A DNA stretch of 55,705 bases. Origin: Macrostomum lignano. Lineage: Eukaryota. Under the pieces are notes generated by a model. The model was not told the origin of the DNA, ran no database searches, and saw nothing but the letters and a program-made list of their open reading frames with translations. Shown in pieces: positions 1 through 28,557 of the stretch (position 1 is its first letter; every line of letters starts with the position of its first letter). Both the position numbers and the translations under genes were made by a program. The DNA lies in NCBI GenBank assembly GCA_002269645.1, contig NIVC01004199.1, positions 1 through 55,705 on the forward strand. The letters are read 5' to 3'.

Positions 1-487
1 CGGCACGCACAGGCGGCAGCTGTCAGTCTCTGCGGATTCGGACAGACAGTTATCACACCTTGGCCGGACTGGAGCAGAGCTAAGAATAGTCCAAAACGTC
101 CCAAGGTTAGCGGCTCGACCAAAATTAGTTCATCAAACACGAAGAGGGTCTGTGCAAGCAGGCTAGAAATCAAGTTCCGACCACCCGACTGATTTGCACG
201 ACCGAGTTGACCAAGTGTCAATAGAAGGTCAAAGATAAGACTGATAGAAGCTTCGGCAACTGATCATATAGCAATGCTTCGATCCGACTATAAATACAGT
301 CGAGAGCCGGCGGTTGAAGCCGCAACAGACAGGCGAGACGGCGGTGGTTGCAGCAGCGGAATCAACGACAGCGGCTGCAGTGCGAGACAGGCCAGCCCGA
401 GTCTGCTGCTGACGCCCGGAGCGGCAGCTGCTGGCACGGACAACGACGGAGAAGACGGTAGCAGCCGGCGGCAAACGCGGCGGCAGC

Positions 488-1072
488 ATGAAGCACTGGA
501 GCCCGCTGGCGGCGCTGGGCAAGCGGGCTCGCGACGGACTTCGACGATGCAACACCGTGCGAGCCGGACTTGGCGGCGGCGCCTCCTCGTCGTCGACAAC
601 GCCGAGCGCGGCCGACCTGAATCTGAGCAGCAGGCGCAACGCCATGCCGAATATCTTTCTGGGATTGCCCAGCAGCGGAGTTCGCCGTCTATTCGCCATC
701 TACGGCATCGACGATTCGCCCGGAGGTCGCGCTGGCAGCTCGGGAACTCATTCAACTTTATCACCGACTGCCAGTTCAACTGGAGCGTCAACAGCCGCGT
801 CGAGCAAAGGCGAGGAGAGCCTGTTCGCTAGGCACTCGCGAACTAGCAGCGTTCGATCGCGCAGGCTGCCAAATTTTGGCGGGCCGATGCAGCAGCAGCA
901 GCACCAGCACATGCTCATGATGCAGCAGCATCAGCAGCACTTGCTGGTGCCGCCGCAGCCGGTGGCCGGGCCAGTCGCTCACCATCCCATTGACAAGCGC
1001 CGGGCCAGCAGCATGCGCGACCATCAAGGCAGACAACACCGGAAGGCATCTAGTTGCCATGGCAACTGGTAA
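488..1072 (+). CDS. Probable terminal coding exon of an unidentified gene (low-complexity Ser/Gly/Gln-rich)
   Basis: GC-rich ORF with a poly-Q/H tract (QQQQHQHMLMMQQHQQH), ending at TAA 1070-1072 and followed by AT-rich sequence with AATAAA-like motifs. No recognisable domain. The overlapping ORF 274-831 looks coding in its 5' half, so a frameshift or a different exon start is possible. Confidence 0.3.
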   Translation: MKHWSPLAALGKRARDGLRRCNTVRAGLGGGASSSSTTPSAADLNLSSRRNAMPNIFLGLPSSGVRRLFAIYGIDDSPGGRAGSSGTHSTLSPTASSTGASTAASSKGEESLFARHSRTSSVRSRRLPNFGGPMQQQQHQHMLMMQQHQQHLLVPPQPVAGPVAHHPIDKRRASSMRDHQGRQHRKASSCHGNW

Positions 1073-1605
1073 ATTCTCAGACACGAAACCAAACGGATTT
1101 AACCAAAGTCAAGACTGGATTGTGCAAACCAAATTTACCTGGAGACACAGACTAATACGAATCCTAAATTAGCTTGACACTAAAAAATAAATTTCAATCT
1201 GGTCAATCACCGTCCACTGAGCTTTGTTGTGAACCCCAGCGCTCTGTAAATACCCTGCAACTTTGAGATCCGACGCGAGCTGTGTTACAACTATCACGCT
1301 AAAAAATAAGCTTCAAACCCTTGCTATGCTACTATTTTTTACTCCAGATACTCTGTCACCTTCATTGACACAAAAAACACAAAATAAACAAACGCTCCGT
1401 GTTAAAGAACAAAACTGTACTTTATAGGTCTAATTACGACTCGTATTATTCGAAGAGAAGCGAGTCTTCCTTTGATGCCACGCATTTTAACAAATTTCCA
1501 GTCAACAGCATCCAGGCTTTTCGGGAATTTCTGCTTAACTAAGACTACTAAAACAGTAGTCTGATGAGGCTAACCAAATCTAAGATTAAGACTAGCTAAT
1601 CTCAC

Positions 1606-4600
1606 CTTGGGAATGAAGGAATCGCAGGCTCGACACTTGGATTTGCCGCTCTTGGCGTATTCCACTTTGAAGTCCTTCAGGTTCACCGGCGGCTCATCGT
1701 CATCGCCATCGTCACCGTCAGCAGAAGCTGAGGCCCCGCCGCCTGCGGGCATGGGGAGGTCAGTACCAACTGGGGATGTGGGAGGTCTGGGAGGGCGGTG
1801 CCAACTGGGGATCTGAGAAGGCAACGGTGGCCCAGCAACTGAGGATCTGGGAGGCTGGCCCAGCAACTGAGGATCTGGGAGGCTGGTGGCCCAGCACCTG
1901 AGGATCTGGGAGGTTGGCCCAGCAACTGAGGATCTGGAAGGCTGGCCCAGCAACTGAGGATCTGGGAGGTTGGCCCAGCAACTGAGGATCTGGGAGGCTG
2001 GCCCAGCAACTGAGGATCTGGGAGGCTGGCCCAGCAACTGAGGATCTGGGAGGCTGGCCCAGCAACTGAGGATCTGGGAGGCTGGTGGCCCAGCACCTGA
2101 GGATCTGGGAGGTTGGCCCAGCAACTGAGGATCTGGAAGGCTGGCCCAGCAACTGAGGATCTGGGAGGTTGGCCCAGCAACTGAGGATCTGGGAGGCTGG
2201 CCCAGCAACTGAGGATCTGGGAGGCTGGCCCAGCAACTGAGGATCTGGGAGGCTGGCCCAGCAACTGAGGATCTGGGAGGCTGGCCCAGCAACTGAGGAT
2301 CTGGGAGGCTGGCCCAGCAACTGAGGATCTGGGAGGCTGGTGGCCCAGCACCTGAGGATCTGGGAGGTTGGCCCAGCAACTGAGGATTTGGGAGGCTGGC
2401 CCAGCAACTGAGGATCTGGGAGGCTGGCCCAGCAACTGAGGATTTGGGAGGTTGGCCCAGCAACTGAGGATTTGGGAGGCTGGCCCAGCAACTGGGGATC
2501 TGGGAGGCTGGCCCAGCAACTGGGGATCTGGGAGGCTGGCCCGGCAACTGAGGATTTGGGAGGTTGGCCCAGCAACTGAGGATTTGGGAGGCTGGCCAGC
2601 AACTGGGGATCTGGGAGGCTGGCCCAGCAACTGAGGATCTGGAAGGCTGGCCCAGCAACTGAGGATCTGGGAGGTTGGCCCAGCAACTGAGGATCTGGGA
2701 GGCTGGCCCAGCAACTGAGGATCTGGGAGGCTGGCCCAGCAACTGAGGATCTGGGAGGCTGGCCCAGCAACTGAGGATCTGGGAGGCTGGCCCAGCAACT
2801 GGGGATCTGGGAGGCTGGCCCAGCAACTGGGGATCTGGGAGGCTGGCCCGGCAACTGAGGATTTGGGAGGTTGGCCCAGCAACTGAGGATTTGGGAGGCT
2901 GGCCCAGCAACTGGGGATCTGGGAGGCTGGCCCAGCAACTGAGGATCTGGAAGGCTGGCCCAGCAACTGAGGATCTGGGAGGTTGGCCCAGCAACTGAGG
3001 ATCTGGGAGGCTGGCCCAGCAACTGAGGATCTGGGAGGCTGGCCCAGCAACTGAGGATCTGGGAGGCTGGCCCAGCAACTGAGGATCTGGGAGGCTGGCC
3101 CAGCAACTGAGGATCTGGGAGGCTGGTGGCCCAGCACCTGAGGATCTGGGAGGTTGGCCCAGCAACTGAGGATCTGGGAGGCTGGCCCAGCAACTGAGGA
3201 TCTGGGAGGCTGGCCCAGCAACTGAGGATTTGGGAGGTTGGCCCAGCAACTGAGGATTTGGGAGGCTGGCCCAGCAACTGGGGATCTGGGAGGCTGGCCC
3301 AGCAACTGGGGATCTGGGAGGCTGGCCCGGCAACTGAGGATTTGGGAGGTTGGCCCAGCAACTGAGGATTTGGGAGGCTGGCCCAGCAACTGGGGATCTG
3401 GGAGGCTGGCCCAGCAACTGGGGATCTGGGAGGCTGGCCCAGCAACTGAGGATTTGGGAGGTTGGCCCAGCAACTGAGGATCTGGGAGGCTGGCCCAGCA
3501 ACTGGGGATCTGGGAGGCTGGCCCAGCAACTGAGATTCGCAGAAACGTTCTCACCGATTTTCTCCCTAATTTTTCCTTGATCGCCCCAGCGAAGCGAGTC
3601 GAAGTGGCCAATGTCCGCCACACTCTTTGGTCGTTGCCGCTTGAAGAAGCAGGCAAAGTGAAACCAGTTGGGCACTTTGCCATCGAAATGCGGCGACTAG
3701 AACAATGGAGAAATGATGGATGTGGAAACCATTCTTAGGTCCTGCAGTGTGGCCACGAATGCTCATCCTGAGAGCAGCAAGTGTGGACAACCTAGAACTT
3801 CAGTCAGCTTGTTTTTGTGCGCCTAGTGTGTCATTGACTAATCATACGTGCACAACATTGAAATTGCACTGGCCATGCAAATTAGTTTTGGTAGCCAACG
3901 TCCTGGTTTTTTAATTTGGCATTATGAATTTAGACCACACATGCGCTCAACACCCAACGACCAGGGCCCGTGCTACAGAATAAGTAGGGAGTAGGAGCTA
4001 GGAGTTGCCGTACATGTATAAGAGTATATTTTAGTTCGTGTCCTATAGAATGAGCCAAAGTGCCCAGGTTACCTTAAGCTCAAAGAGTCCCTAATTATCC
4101 CATTGCTTGTTCTTCCCCTCAATGCACTTCTACATTTTGTACACCAGTTCCAACAAACATGTTGCATCTTAAACCATCAAAAATCATATTCATATTTCTA
4201 AATGACCCTCCTTGTGTGATATTTCTTATTTGAGTGTTTGTTGTTTATGAAATGAGAGCAATTAATTTTAATAGCAGTTGAACCACACCTCTATGCGCTA
4301 CCATTTGCTCCTAATTAAATTCCCAACCTGGTAGCCTAAAATGTTTTATTGCTTTAGCTCATAACAGCCGCTATTCACAGCAATAAAGCTTGAACTGTAT
4401 TTTGTCAAAGTACTTGTAGAACTACTTTTTAAGGTGCACGCATTTAGGAGTTTATAAAATACAGCACACAGATTGGTAGAGTCATTAGCCAATTGCCTTA
4501 GAACTCCTCCTCACTCTTATGCTACACTCATTGGAACAACTACTAGCTCTAACTCCTGATTCTTGAACTCTATAGCATACAAAATCAATTCACCTGTTGC

Positions 4601-5034
4601 TAGGAGCACTCCTGACTCCTAGTTCCTAACTTCTTGTTCTTAAATTTATAGCACAGGCCCTAGGTAACAGGGTGGAAAAGGCAAATATGTCTCCAAACCA
4701 ATTAACTATGCACTATAAATTCAAGGGCAAAAAAGGACAAAAGCAAATATATATAAAATGCTAAATGACACTACAAAACCTAGCACAGCACATAAGGCAA
4801 GAGTAAGAATGCCTTAAAATGATACTCGTTATTGCAAGACTAACTTTGACTTAAATACCTAGATATCAGCAACTATGGTTTTTTTGGCCAACTAGGATAA
4901 GCAGCTGAAACAATCCATTGCCTTACCTGGACCATAACAGCCAATCGTAGCGAATCTTTTGAGATAGACATCTTGCAGCCTTTGCAGCTAGACCGATTGC
5001 TCTTGGCATACTCACAAATATAGGGATGATCCAT
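1606..5034 (-). CDS. PARP1: Poly(ADP-ribose) polymerase 1, first three coding exons (zinc finger 1 and first half of zinc finger 2); join(5034..4927, 3696..3555, 1742..1606)
   Basis: Exon 1 = [36 protein letters not shown]|gtaagg (phase 0). Exon 2 follows ttctag| and reads [18 protein letters not shown]...[18 protein letters not shown]|gtgag (phase 1). Exon 3 follows cccgcag| and reads [46 protein letters not shown]|gtgag. These match the PARP1 zf-PARP motifs (EYAKSxRxxCKxC, SPxFDGKVPxWxHxxCF, LRWxDQ), and all phases are compatible. The rest of the gene was not found in 1-1605. Confidence 0.92.
1767..3534. repeat. 28-bp GC-rich minisatellite array 1 (unit GGCTGGCCCAGCAACTGAGGATCTGGGA), filling PARP1 intron 2
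   Basis: Direct reading shows about 60 copies with point variants. The 28-aa periodicity of the spurious ORFs reflects 3 x 28 bp. Confidence 0.97.
3962..4662. mobile_element. Possible degenerate non-autonomous TIR (hAT-like) element in PARP1 intron 1
   Basis: Left end CAGGGCCCGTGCTA versus reverse complement of right end TAGGGCCTGTGCTA. Subterminal AGGAG(C)TAGGAGT motifs are mirrored at both ends. No TSD found. Confidence 0.45.
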
Positions 5035-8000
5035 GATTGGCATGAAAGCAAAATAGAATTTAGCTATGCATTATTTTTAGTTAGGCCATCTTGACAAACT
5101 TTATCAATCATATCAGAGAAATAAATCATCTACTAGGTTTTTTCACTAGCATTTAAAATGCTAAATTGCATCCAAATAAGGAGTCCAATAAGATTTTAAA
5201 AAGCTATTTTTTCTGTTTTTCTATTTGATAAATATTGTTTCTTTGAATAAAAAATATTAGATAGGTCTATAAATAGGGCCTACTAAAGCAAAATTTAGAG
5301 GTTTAACAAAATTAGAAGAAAATGAGTTAAAGGAATTAGTAATATACATGTATATTGAAACTTTCAATCCTTGGATTGGCTAAGTCTAAGATATCTCAAT
5401 CCCCTCTATTGAAATAAGTATAGTATAGGCCTAGAAAACCTGTGGATCATAGTGGATATGCAACACAGATAGGGTCTAAAATTGTAGTTAAAAAATGCAA
5501 TATAGCAGAATACCAGATATAAGTATAATACTAATTAGATGACAAAGCATTTAGCCTTAATAAGATAGACAGTCATAATTACTTTTACCATTTACCCAGT
5601 TTGTCTGGGTTTTGGATTAGGTTTTGTTGTTTGTTATCTGTTTACCTACCAATTAAATATATGCTTGCAGTCAGCCGCCACTCTCTCCCTTCTCTCTTAG
5701 GTTTTTGCTCTACTTCTCGTGGGCCCCTTAGCCATCACATTCAATTGCTTTAGTTGCACTAAAATTAAGCAGCTACCAATCCAAACCTAACCTTCAAGTC
5801 AACATACCAAATCTGCAATTTACACTAAGGGAAGTCGGCTGCTGGCACTAGATTATCAAATTTAACCGCTATACATACAAACCGTACATCTTCCTGCCTT
5901 TATTTGTCATACCATAGTAAAAAACCAAAAATTGTTTTTATGATTATAGTGTCCTTAAGGCTTTATGGATTTTAGGCCTGAGACTGACTAGGTTTATTCA
6001 AGCATCGTTGCAATTTGCAAAGCTAAGCCTAAGGTTTTGACTAGGCCTATTCTGGCTGCATATAGCCATAGGGATAGGCCCTAGAGGCAAGGCCTATTTT
6101 TATCAATAGCCTATTATTGAATAAATAAATAAAGGGTAAAAAAGCTAGAAATGATACATTAGCATTATTAGGCATAGAAATTAGTTAGGCCTATATTAAA
6201 AGTATTAATAAAATATTTAAAAACTTAAGGTCTTAAGTTTTTCTTACAAAAATGATTTCAGGCCTATACTATAGCCTAGGCCTAGTAGCCAAAATATATT
6301 GCAAAAAAATAAGATACAAGTTATTACTAGACTGACTAGTCCATCCGAATTTACAAGACTCACTAAAGTAGGCCCTAAAGTAGGCTTATTTATATTTAAA
6401 ACTGATAACTTAATATAAAGCCATAAAGCCAGAGGGGCCTAAAATGTATAAAACAAAAAACTCGGATTAAATTTGATAGGCCTATCGTTCCAACAAATTC
6501 AAAGCTAGGCCTACTCAGAAGTCAGAACACCTTGTTTGATTCAACCTTTCATTATTTGTCAGCTGTACCTGTCTAAATGGTCATACATATTATAAAAAGG
6601 AAAATACAAAATAAGAGGCCACATGCATGCGGTGGCTTGCGGTGACATGCATTTCACAACTTTTTTCTCGTAAATCACGTTAACTTTAAGGACAAGGTAC
6701 ACAGCACATCCCCACAGATTTTACAATCCTTCGGCGGAATTGCATTTTTTAGGCCTAAAGATAGGAAATTTCTATCATATCTATCTCTATCAAGAACTAT
6801 TTATCTCTAGTAATAAATAGCAGCAAATTCCGGCTAAAGTTTCAGGGAATTGAAGGCGGCGCTACGTTTGAAGCGGCTGTCTAGCCTTGATCGAGACTTA
6901 TACGATTGATCCCAATTGGTGGCTCGTTCACACGGCAATCAATAGGACCAGATTTTACGTGATGACACAACTTAAACATCAAATTCGATTCATTTGTACA
7001 TTTTATATGTCATTTGGTCCCTTCCCTCATTTGATGGCAGTCTGCAGCCTCGTCGTCTCACAGCTGCACAAGGCACGGCACAGGCCGCACGGAAGGCCGA
7101 TTGCCGTTGACTTGGTATTTTTCGGACTCAAAAAGCGCTTTGTACGTCCAAAGAGTTCATATTAATATTTATAAATGTGCTGTTTCTACATGTACATGTA
7201 CATATGTACGTTTGACATGTAGCTACATATATTCATGAAGAGGCAACAAGAGGCAACACTCAAGAGAGAAATTTGGTGACCAGAAGCTTTTCGTAAAAAA
7301 AAATGACGACTCGTATATTAACTTTTTTGAGCATTTATCAGCAGATGATACGCATTATTGAACATTAAAAATATGCTTTATAAATAACTTTTGGTGGGGA
7401 TGCGATGCAGCGCATGCGCATATGTACAAAATGTATAAGGTCCATATAAATGGACCTGGAAAATACATGCACAAGTTGGGTAGTGTATCAAAACCGTTTT
7501 GTGCTCTTTAACTGCATTTTGCCTCCCGAATATCTGTGGTTAATCCATGCAGTTAAAAGTACATTAGGAGCAATGAGCCATTTTTTTGACCGCGTCGATC
7601 AACTACCAAGGGGGGATTTGCCCACTGAAATTTTTTTGCTGCGCAACGCATGCAGGCACACAAAATCCAAGAACCACGGGCTATAATTAAGTTTTTTTTA
7701 TTGTTGCGCAAATGCACCTTAAACAAAAATTGTAGCTCCTCGAACGGACCGTCGAAATTAAATTCGACGATTCTGCCAGAAGGTCGGATTTTTTGCTAGT
7801 GCTATAGTTTTGCTAGTGTATTCAATGGTGTATACAAAGTTTTCAGGGAGGAATTCCCGCCAGCTGGCCGGAAGTTCTACTGTTAAAGCAAGCTATGAAC
7901 ATGTAATTATTTTTGTACACAAACACACTTATAACACATTGTGACAAGCGTCTCAGTTCTTCCTGGGACTTCGTGCGTTCACACGCCCTTGGGCAATCGT

Positions 8001-8318
8001 CATGTAGCACGGTACAGTACATATATATTTGACACTTAGGCTAGCTAGCACTCGTGTATACGACATGCTTACTTGTACTTTTGTAAACACGTACTTCTCG
8101 TATACGATCATGGACCCAGAAAACACATTCAATTAGGAAGCTAGCTCTACATGTCTGTAGAATGGAAAACAAAAAGACATAAGAACAAAGACGTACAATA
8201 TACATGAAGTTAGGATTAACTGCAGATGATCTGAGATTGCAGAACTGGGTTCGTTTACTTCTACAAGTACATCAAGGGAGTGTCGTTCTAAATTATGTGC
8301 ATGAGAATTGGGTACATG

Positions 8319-8618
8319 CAGGGGCGTCGCCATGAATTTTATGGTGGAGACAAAGCCAAGAATTCTACATGTGCATGTACATTAGTTTTTGAATCGGTGT
8401 TGTCAGCGCTCATTTGGCGCCGCAGGCACTCATTTTAGCGCCTACTCATTTTTGCGCTGCAGGTACTATGTTTTGTCACCCTGAAGCAAAATATTTGATT
8501 TTTCAAAAGCGGGTCATAAGCTTGGGTGGGGGACAAAGCATTGGCATGCCCCCCACAACTTTTACTGGGGGGGGGGGGGGCATGTCCCACTGTCCCTCCC
8601 CCGGTGGCGACGCCCCTG
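8319..8618. mobile_element. 300-bp MITE, hAT-type
   Basis: Perfect 14-bp TIR CAGGGGCGTCGCCA (8319-8332) / TGGCGACGCCCCTG (8605-8618), flanked by a perfect 8-bp TSD GGTACATG (8311-8318 and 8619-8626). Confidence 0.92.
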
Positions 8619-9255
8619 GGTACATGTACATCTTGTAAATTTATCACATGAATTCCTGCTGTTCGTTGATCACCATTTGTAAGTTTTTGTCTTATCTCTT
8701 GCACCATCGCTACTGCATGTACTGCGCATGCATTGAGGTACTACTTGAATTCTAATCGCGGCCTAAGTAAAACTCTGATGTATTTCATTGATGAATTTAT
8801 TAGCAAATCAACACAAAAATACATGTACGGTTACAGTGAGCATAAAATTTTACGTGTTGTGCATTAAAAAAACATTTAGCCAAAATCGTTATAAGTGTCC
8901 ATGTACTAATATTTATAAGAAAACATATTGTTGAAATACACATAGCACCGCCCTGCATTTTAAAAAATCTACTTATTAAGTTTCTGATACATGTATACAC
9001 GTGTAATTTAAGCTTAATCATTCATTTGAATATATTTTATTATCAAAAATCGTTAATGTAGATTAAACTACTGTATGGTCCAGGTTCTACTTTTGTTCTA
9101 GCTCGTAATTGCAAAGGTTTGATTAATTTACTGCGTAAACCAAAGCGAAATCAAAATATAATATGGCCGGCCGATCTGGAGGTCAAGTGAGTGCAAATCG
9201 TACGTACGAGGATTCAATACGCTTGGTGAATACTGTTGTACATTGTAGGCATGCA

Positions 9256-13413
<4,158 letters not shown>

Positions 13414-13857
13414 TCCGAACTTCCAAGCTCACTCTTGGACTCTGCTGGCGCATTAATTGACGTATTCAATTTTGGAATTTCCTGCAGCTATAAATTCGAG
13501 GCGTGTGCGGCCTTCTATGTACTGCCATGTGCCTTATCAGAGCAATAAAACTCCTGTTCACTTTCAGTGGCTATTTTCACTTCTTATCGCTCTCGTCCCC
13601 AAATCTCGTGTGTAAAAATAATAAAAACTGTTTCGTCATTATGCGGCTTAGCGGTAAAACAATTTTTTTTTAATTCAAATAGTTTAAATTTTAAATTTCA
13701 GTATGTCACTTTAAGTCAAGTTGATACAAAAATTTTTATTGCAGAATTCTTTCGACTAACAACTACCTAGCTACTGGAGCAGTAGTTAAAGTGGCGCATT
13801 TGTCTTATTATTTAACCTCAACTTTGTCTTCAAATTCACTTAGCAAAATTATTAGAT

Positions 13858-14176
13858 AATGGAATATAATAGAATTGAAGGAAATAGAATGTAATAGAAT
13901 GGAATATAATGGAATGGAATGGAATGGAATGGAATGGAATGGAATGGAATGGAATGGAATGGAATGTAATAGAATGGAATATAATGGAATGGAATAGAAT
14001 GGAATATAATAGAATGGAATATAATGGAATGGAATAGAATGGAATGGAATGGGATGGAATGGAATGGAATATAATGAAATGGATAGGAATGGAATGGAAT
14101 GGAATGGATAGGAATGGAATGGAATAGAATGGATTGAAATGGAATGGATTGGAATGGAATGAAATGGAACTGAATG
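13858..14176. repeat. (GGAAT)n pentanucleotide simple repeat
   Basis: Direct reading, with AGAAT and ATAAT variants. Confidence 0.95.
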
Positions 14177-14503
14177 AAAACAGATAACGAGCTAGTAAGC
14201 CCAGAAGCCCTCATACTTTCGTTTCGAACCTCATCTCAGATTACTTTTGAGCATTGACAGCTGCCGAATGACCCAGAGAGTCAATGCTATTTATGATATT
14301 TTGTTAATCTACACCTACCTAAGGCTAATGAGGCAGGTCCCGGTCGATCACAATGCAGCAATCAGTGTGTATTGGAGGGTGAGAATCAAGCCCTCTCCGC
14401 CAAAGACTGCAAATGTAATGATAGAATGTGCAGCTGCTGTAGAAATGCACGTGGAGGTAAGAGACAATAAAGGGCATTCACGGGTCAGGCTTGCAGTTTT
14501 CGC

Positions 14504-14728
14504 CTCGATTGCTGCTCAACCACGCATGAGTAGACAAAGCCCGCGGTTGCAGATTATAGTTGCTATGCATGCTGCTGAAGATGGTTCTGATGAAACCAAA
14601 GAGGAACCAGTTAAAATGTGTTCATAGTACATTAACTCGCGTGCTTCAGTAATTTCAGGTGTGCTATGAGCTGCTGTGGCACTGGTTCATTTACCTGTAG
14701 ATCTGGCATTTCCTGGCTAGAATTGTAG
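14504..14728. repeat. ~225-bp conserved head sequence that precedes 28-bp minisatellite arrays (dispersed repeat)
   Basis: 14549-14728 aligns closely with 19528-19703 (GCAGATTATAG...GATGAAACCAAAGAGGAACCAGTTAAAATGTGTTC...GTAATTTCAGGTGTGCTATGAGCTGCTGTGG). 14504-14552 recurs at 15898-15944. Confidence 0.85.
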
Positions 14729-15895
14729 GCAACTGAGGATCTGGGAGGCTGGCCCAGGAACTGAGAATCTGGGAGGCTAGCCCAGCAACTGAGGATCTGG
14801 GAGGCTGGCCCAGCAACTGAGGATTTGGGAGGCTGGCCCAGCAACTGAGGATCTGGGAGGCTGGCCCAGCAACTGAGGATCTGGGAGGCGGCTGGCCCAG
14901 CAACTGAGGATCTGGGAGGCTGGCCCAGCAACTTAGGATCTGGAAGGCTGGCCCAGCAACTGAGGATCTGGGAGGCTGGCCCAGCAACTTAGGATCTGGA
15001 AGGCTGGCCCAGCAACTGAGGATCTGGGAGGCTGGCCCAGCAACTGAGGATCTGGGAGGCTGGCCCAGCAATTGAGGATCTGGGAGGCTGGCCCAGCAAC
15101 TGAGGATCTGGGAGGCTGGCTGGCGCAGCAACTGAGGATCTGGGAGGCTGGCACAGCAACTGAGGATCTGGAAGGCTGGCCCAGCAACTTAGAATCTTGA
15201 AGGCTGGCCCAGCAACTGAGGATCTGGGAGGCGGCTGGCCCAGCAACTGAGGATCTGGGAGGCGGCTGGACCAGCAACTGAGGATCTGGGAGGCTGGCCC
15301 AGCAACTGAGGATCTGGGAGGCTGGCCCAGCAACTTAGGATCTGGGAGGCTGGCCCAGCAACTTAGGATCTGGAAGGCTGGCCCAGCAACTTAGGATCTG
15401 GAAGGCTGGCCCAGCAACTTAGAATCTGGAAGGCTGGCCCAGCAACTGAGGATCTGGGAGGCGGCTGGCCCAGCAACTGAGGATCTGGGAGGCGGCTGGA
15501 CCAGCAACTGAGGATCTGGGAGGCGGCTGGACCAGCAACTGAGGATCTGGGAGGCTGGCACAGCAACTGAGGATCTGGGAGGCTGGCCCAGCAACTGAGG
15601 ATCTGGGAGGCAGTGGCCCAGCAACTGAGGATCTGGAAGGCTGGCCCAGCAACTGAGGATCTGGGAGGCAGTGGCCCAGCAACTGAGGATCTGGGAGGCG
15701 GCTGGACTAGCAACTGAGGATCTGGGAGGCTGGCCCAGCAACTGAGGATCTGGGAGGCTGGCCCAGCAACTGAGGATCTGGGAGGCTGGCCCAGCAACTG
15801 TGGATCTGGGAGGCTGGCCCAGCAACTGAGGATCTGGGAGGCGGCTGGACCAGCAACTGAGGATCTGGGAGGCGGCTGGCCCAGCAACTGTGGAC
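14729..15895. repeat. 28-bp minisatellite array 2
   Basis: Same unit as array 1, with many +3-nt (GGCGGCTGG) and CTTAG variants; ends in CAACTGTGGACT. Confidence 0.96.
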
Positions 15896-16365
15896 TGCTC
15901 GATTGCTGCTCGACCACGCATGAGTAGACAAAGCCCGGTTGCAGGATTCGGGTAACCCCACAGCAGCGACACAAGCAGCGCCTCAAAAAAACGCCCACGC
16001 CCACAATGGCGCCTCCAAAAGCGCCTCTAACGGCGCCTTTGAAATGATCGCAATAGGATCGCATAATCGCCACACTTTATCTTGTTTATTTCAATCCCCA
16101 AAAGCTTCTCAGGATCCACTCAAGAGACTAAAAAGTACACCGAGAGCTTCACACGCTTCCTTCTCTTTAATTGCCCAACCAATACCAGGTTAGAATTGCA
16201 CGTTGCCATCAGCAACCTTAGCGGTAGAGACTGCATGGCAACGCGGAGGATGTAGAAACGAGTAGAATAAGTAAAGGCCTCATCAGCTCAGGGCGGGTCG
16301 AACTGGTTCTTTCCTTTGTCTGCCTGCGCGTCTGTTTCTGAGGCTATCGAGCCAATCTAGAGGCC

Positions 16366-28513
<12,148 letters not shown>

Positions 28514-28557
28514 AGTTCCTGGAGTGCGAACTCTTGGAACTAACTTTGCGTTTGATG

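Noticed and set aside
1570-3683. 589-701-aa ORFs ([14 protein letters not shown]...) on the minus strand; likewise 14632-15972 and 19700-21966
   Set aside because: They are translations of the 28-bp minisatellite. Only the short PARP1 exon segments at the ends of the first set are real coding sequence.
6990-7140. Short Cys-containing minus-strand reading (…LPCGLCRALCSC…) suggestive of a zinc finger or transposase fragment
   Set aside because: Too short, interrupted by stops, and with no recognisable family motif or supporting splice sites.
13858-14176. Telomeric or interstitial telomeric repeat
   Set aside because: The unit is GGAAT, not a TTAGGG- or TTAGG-type repeat.
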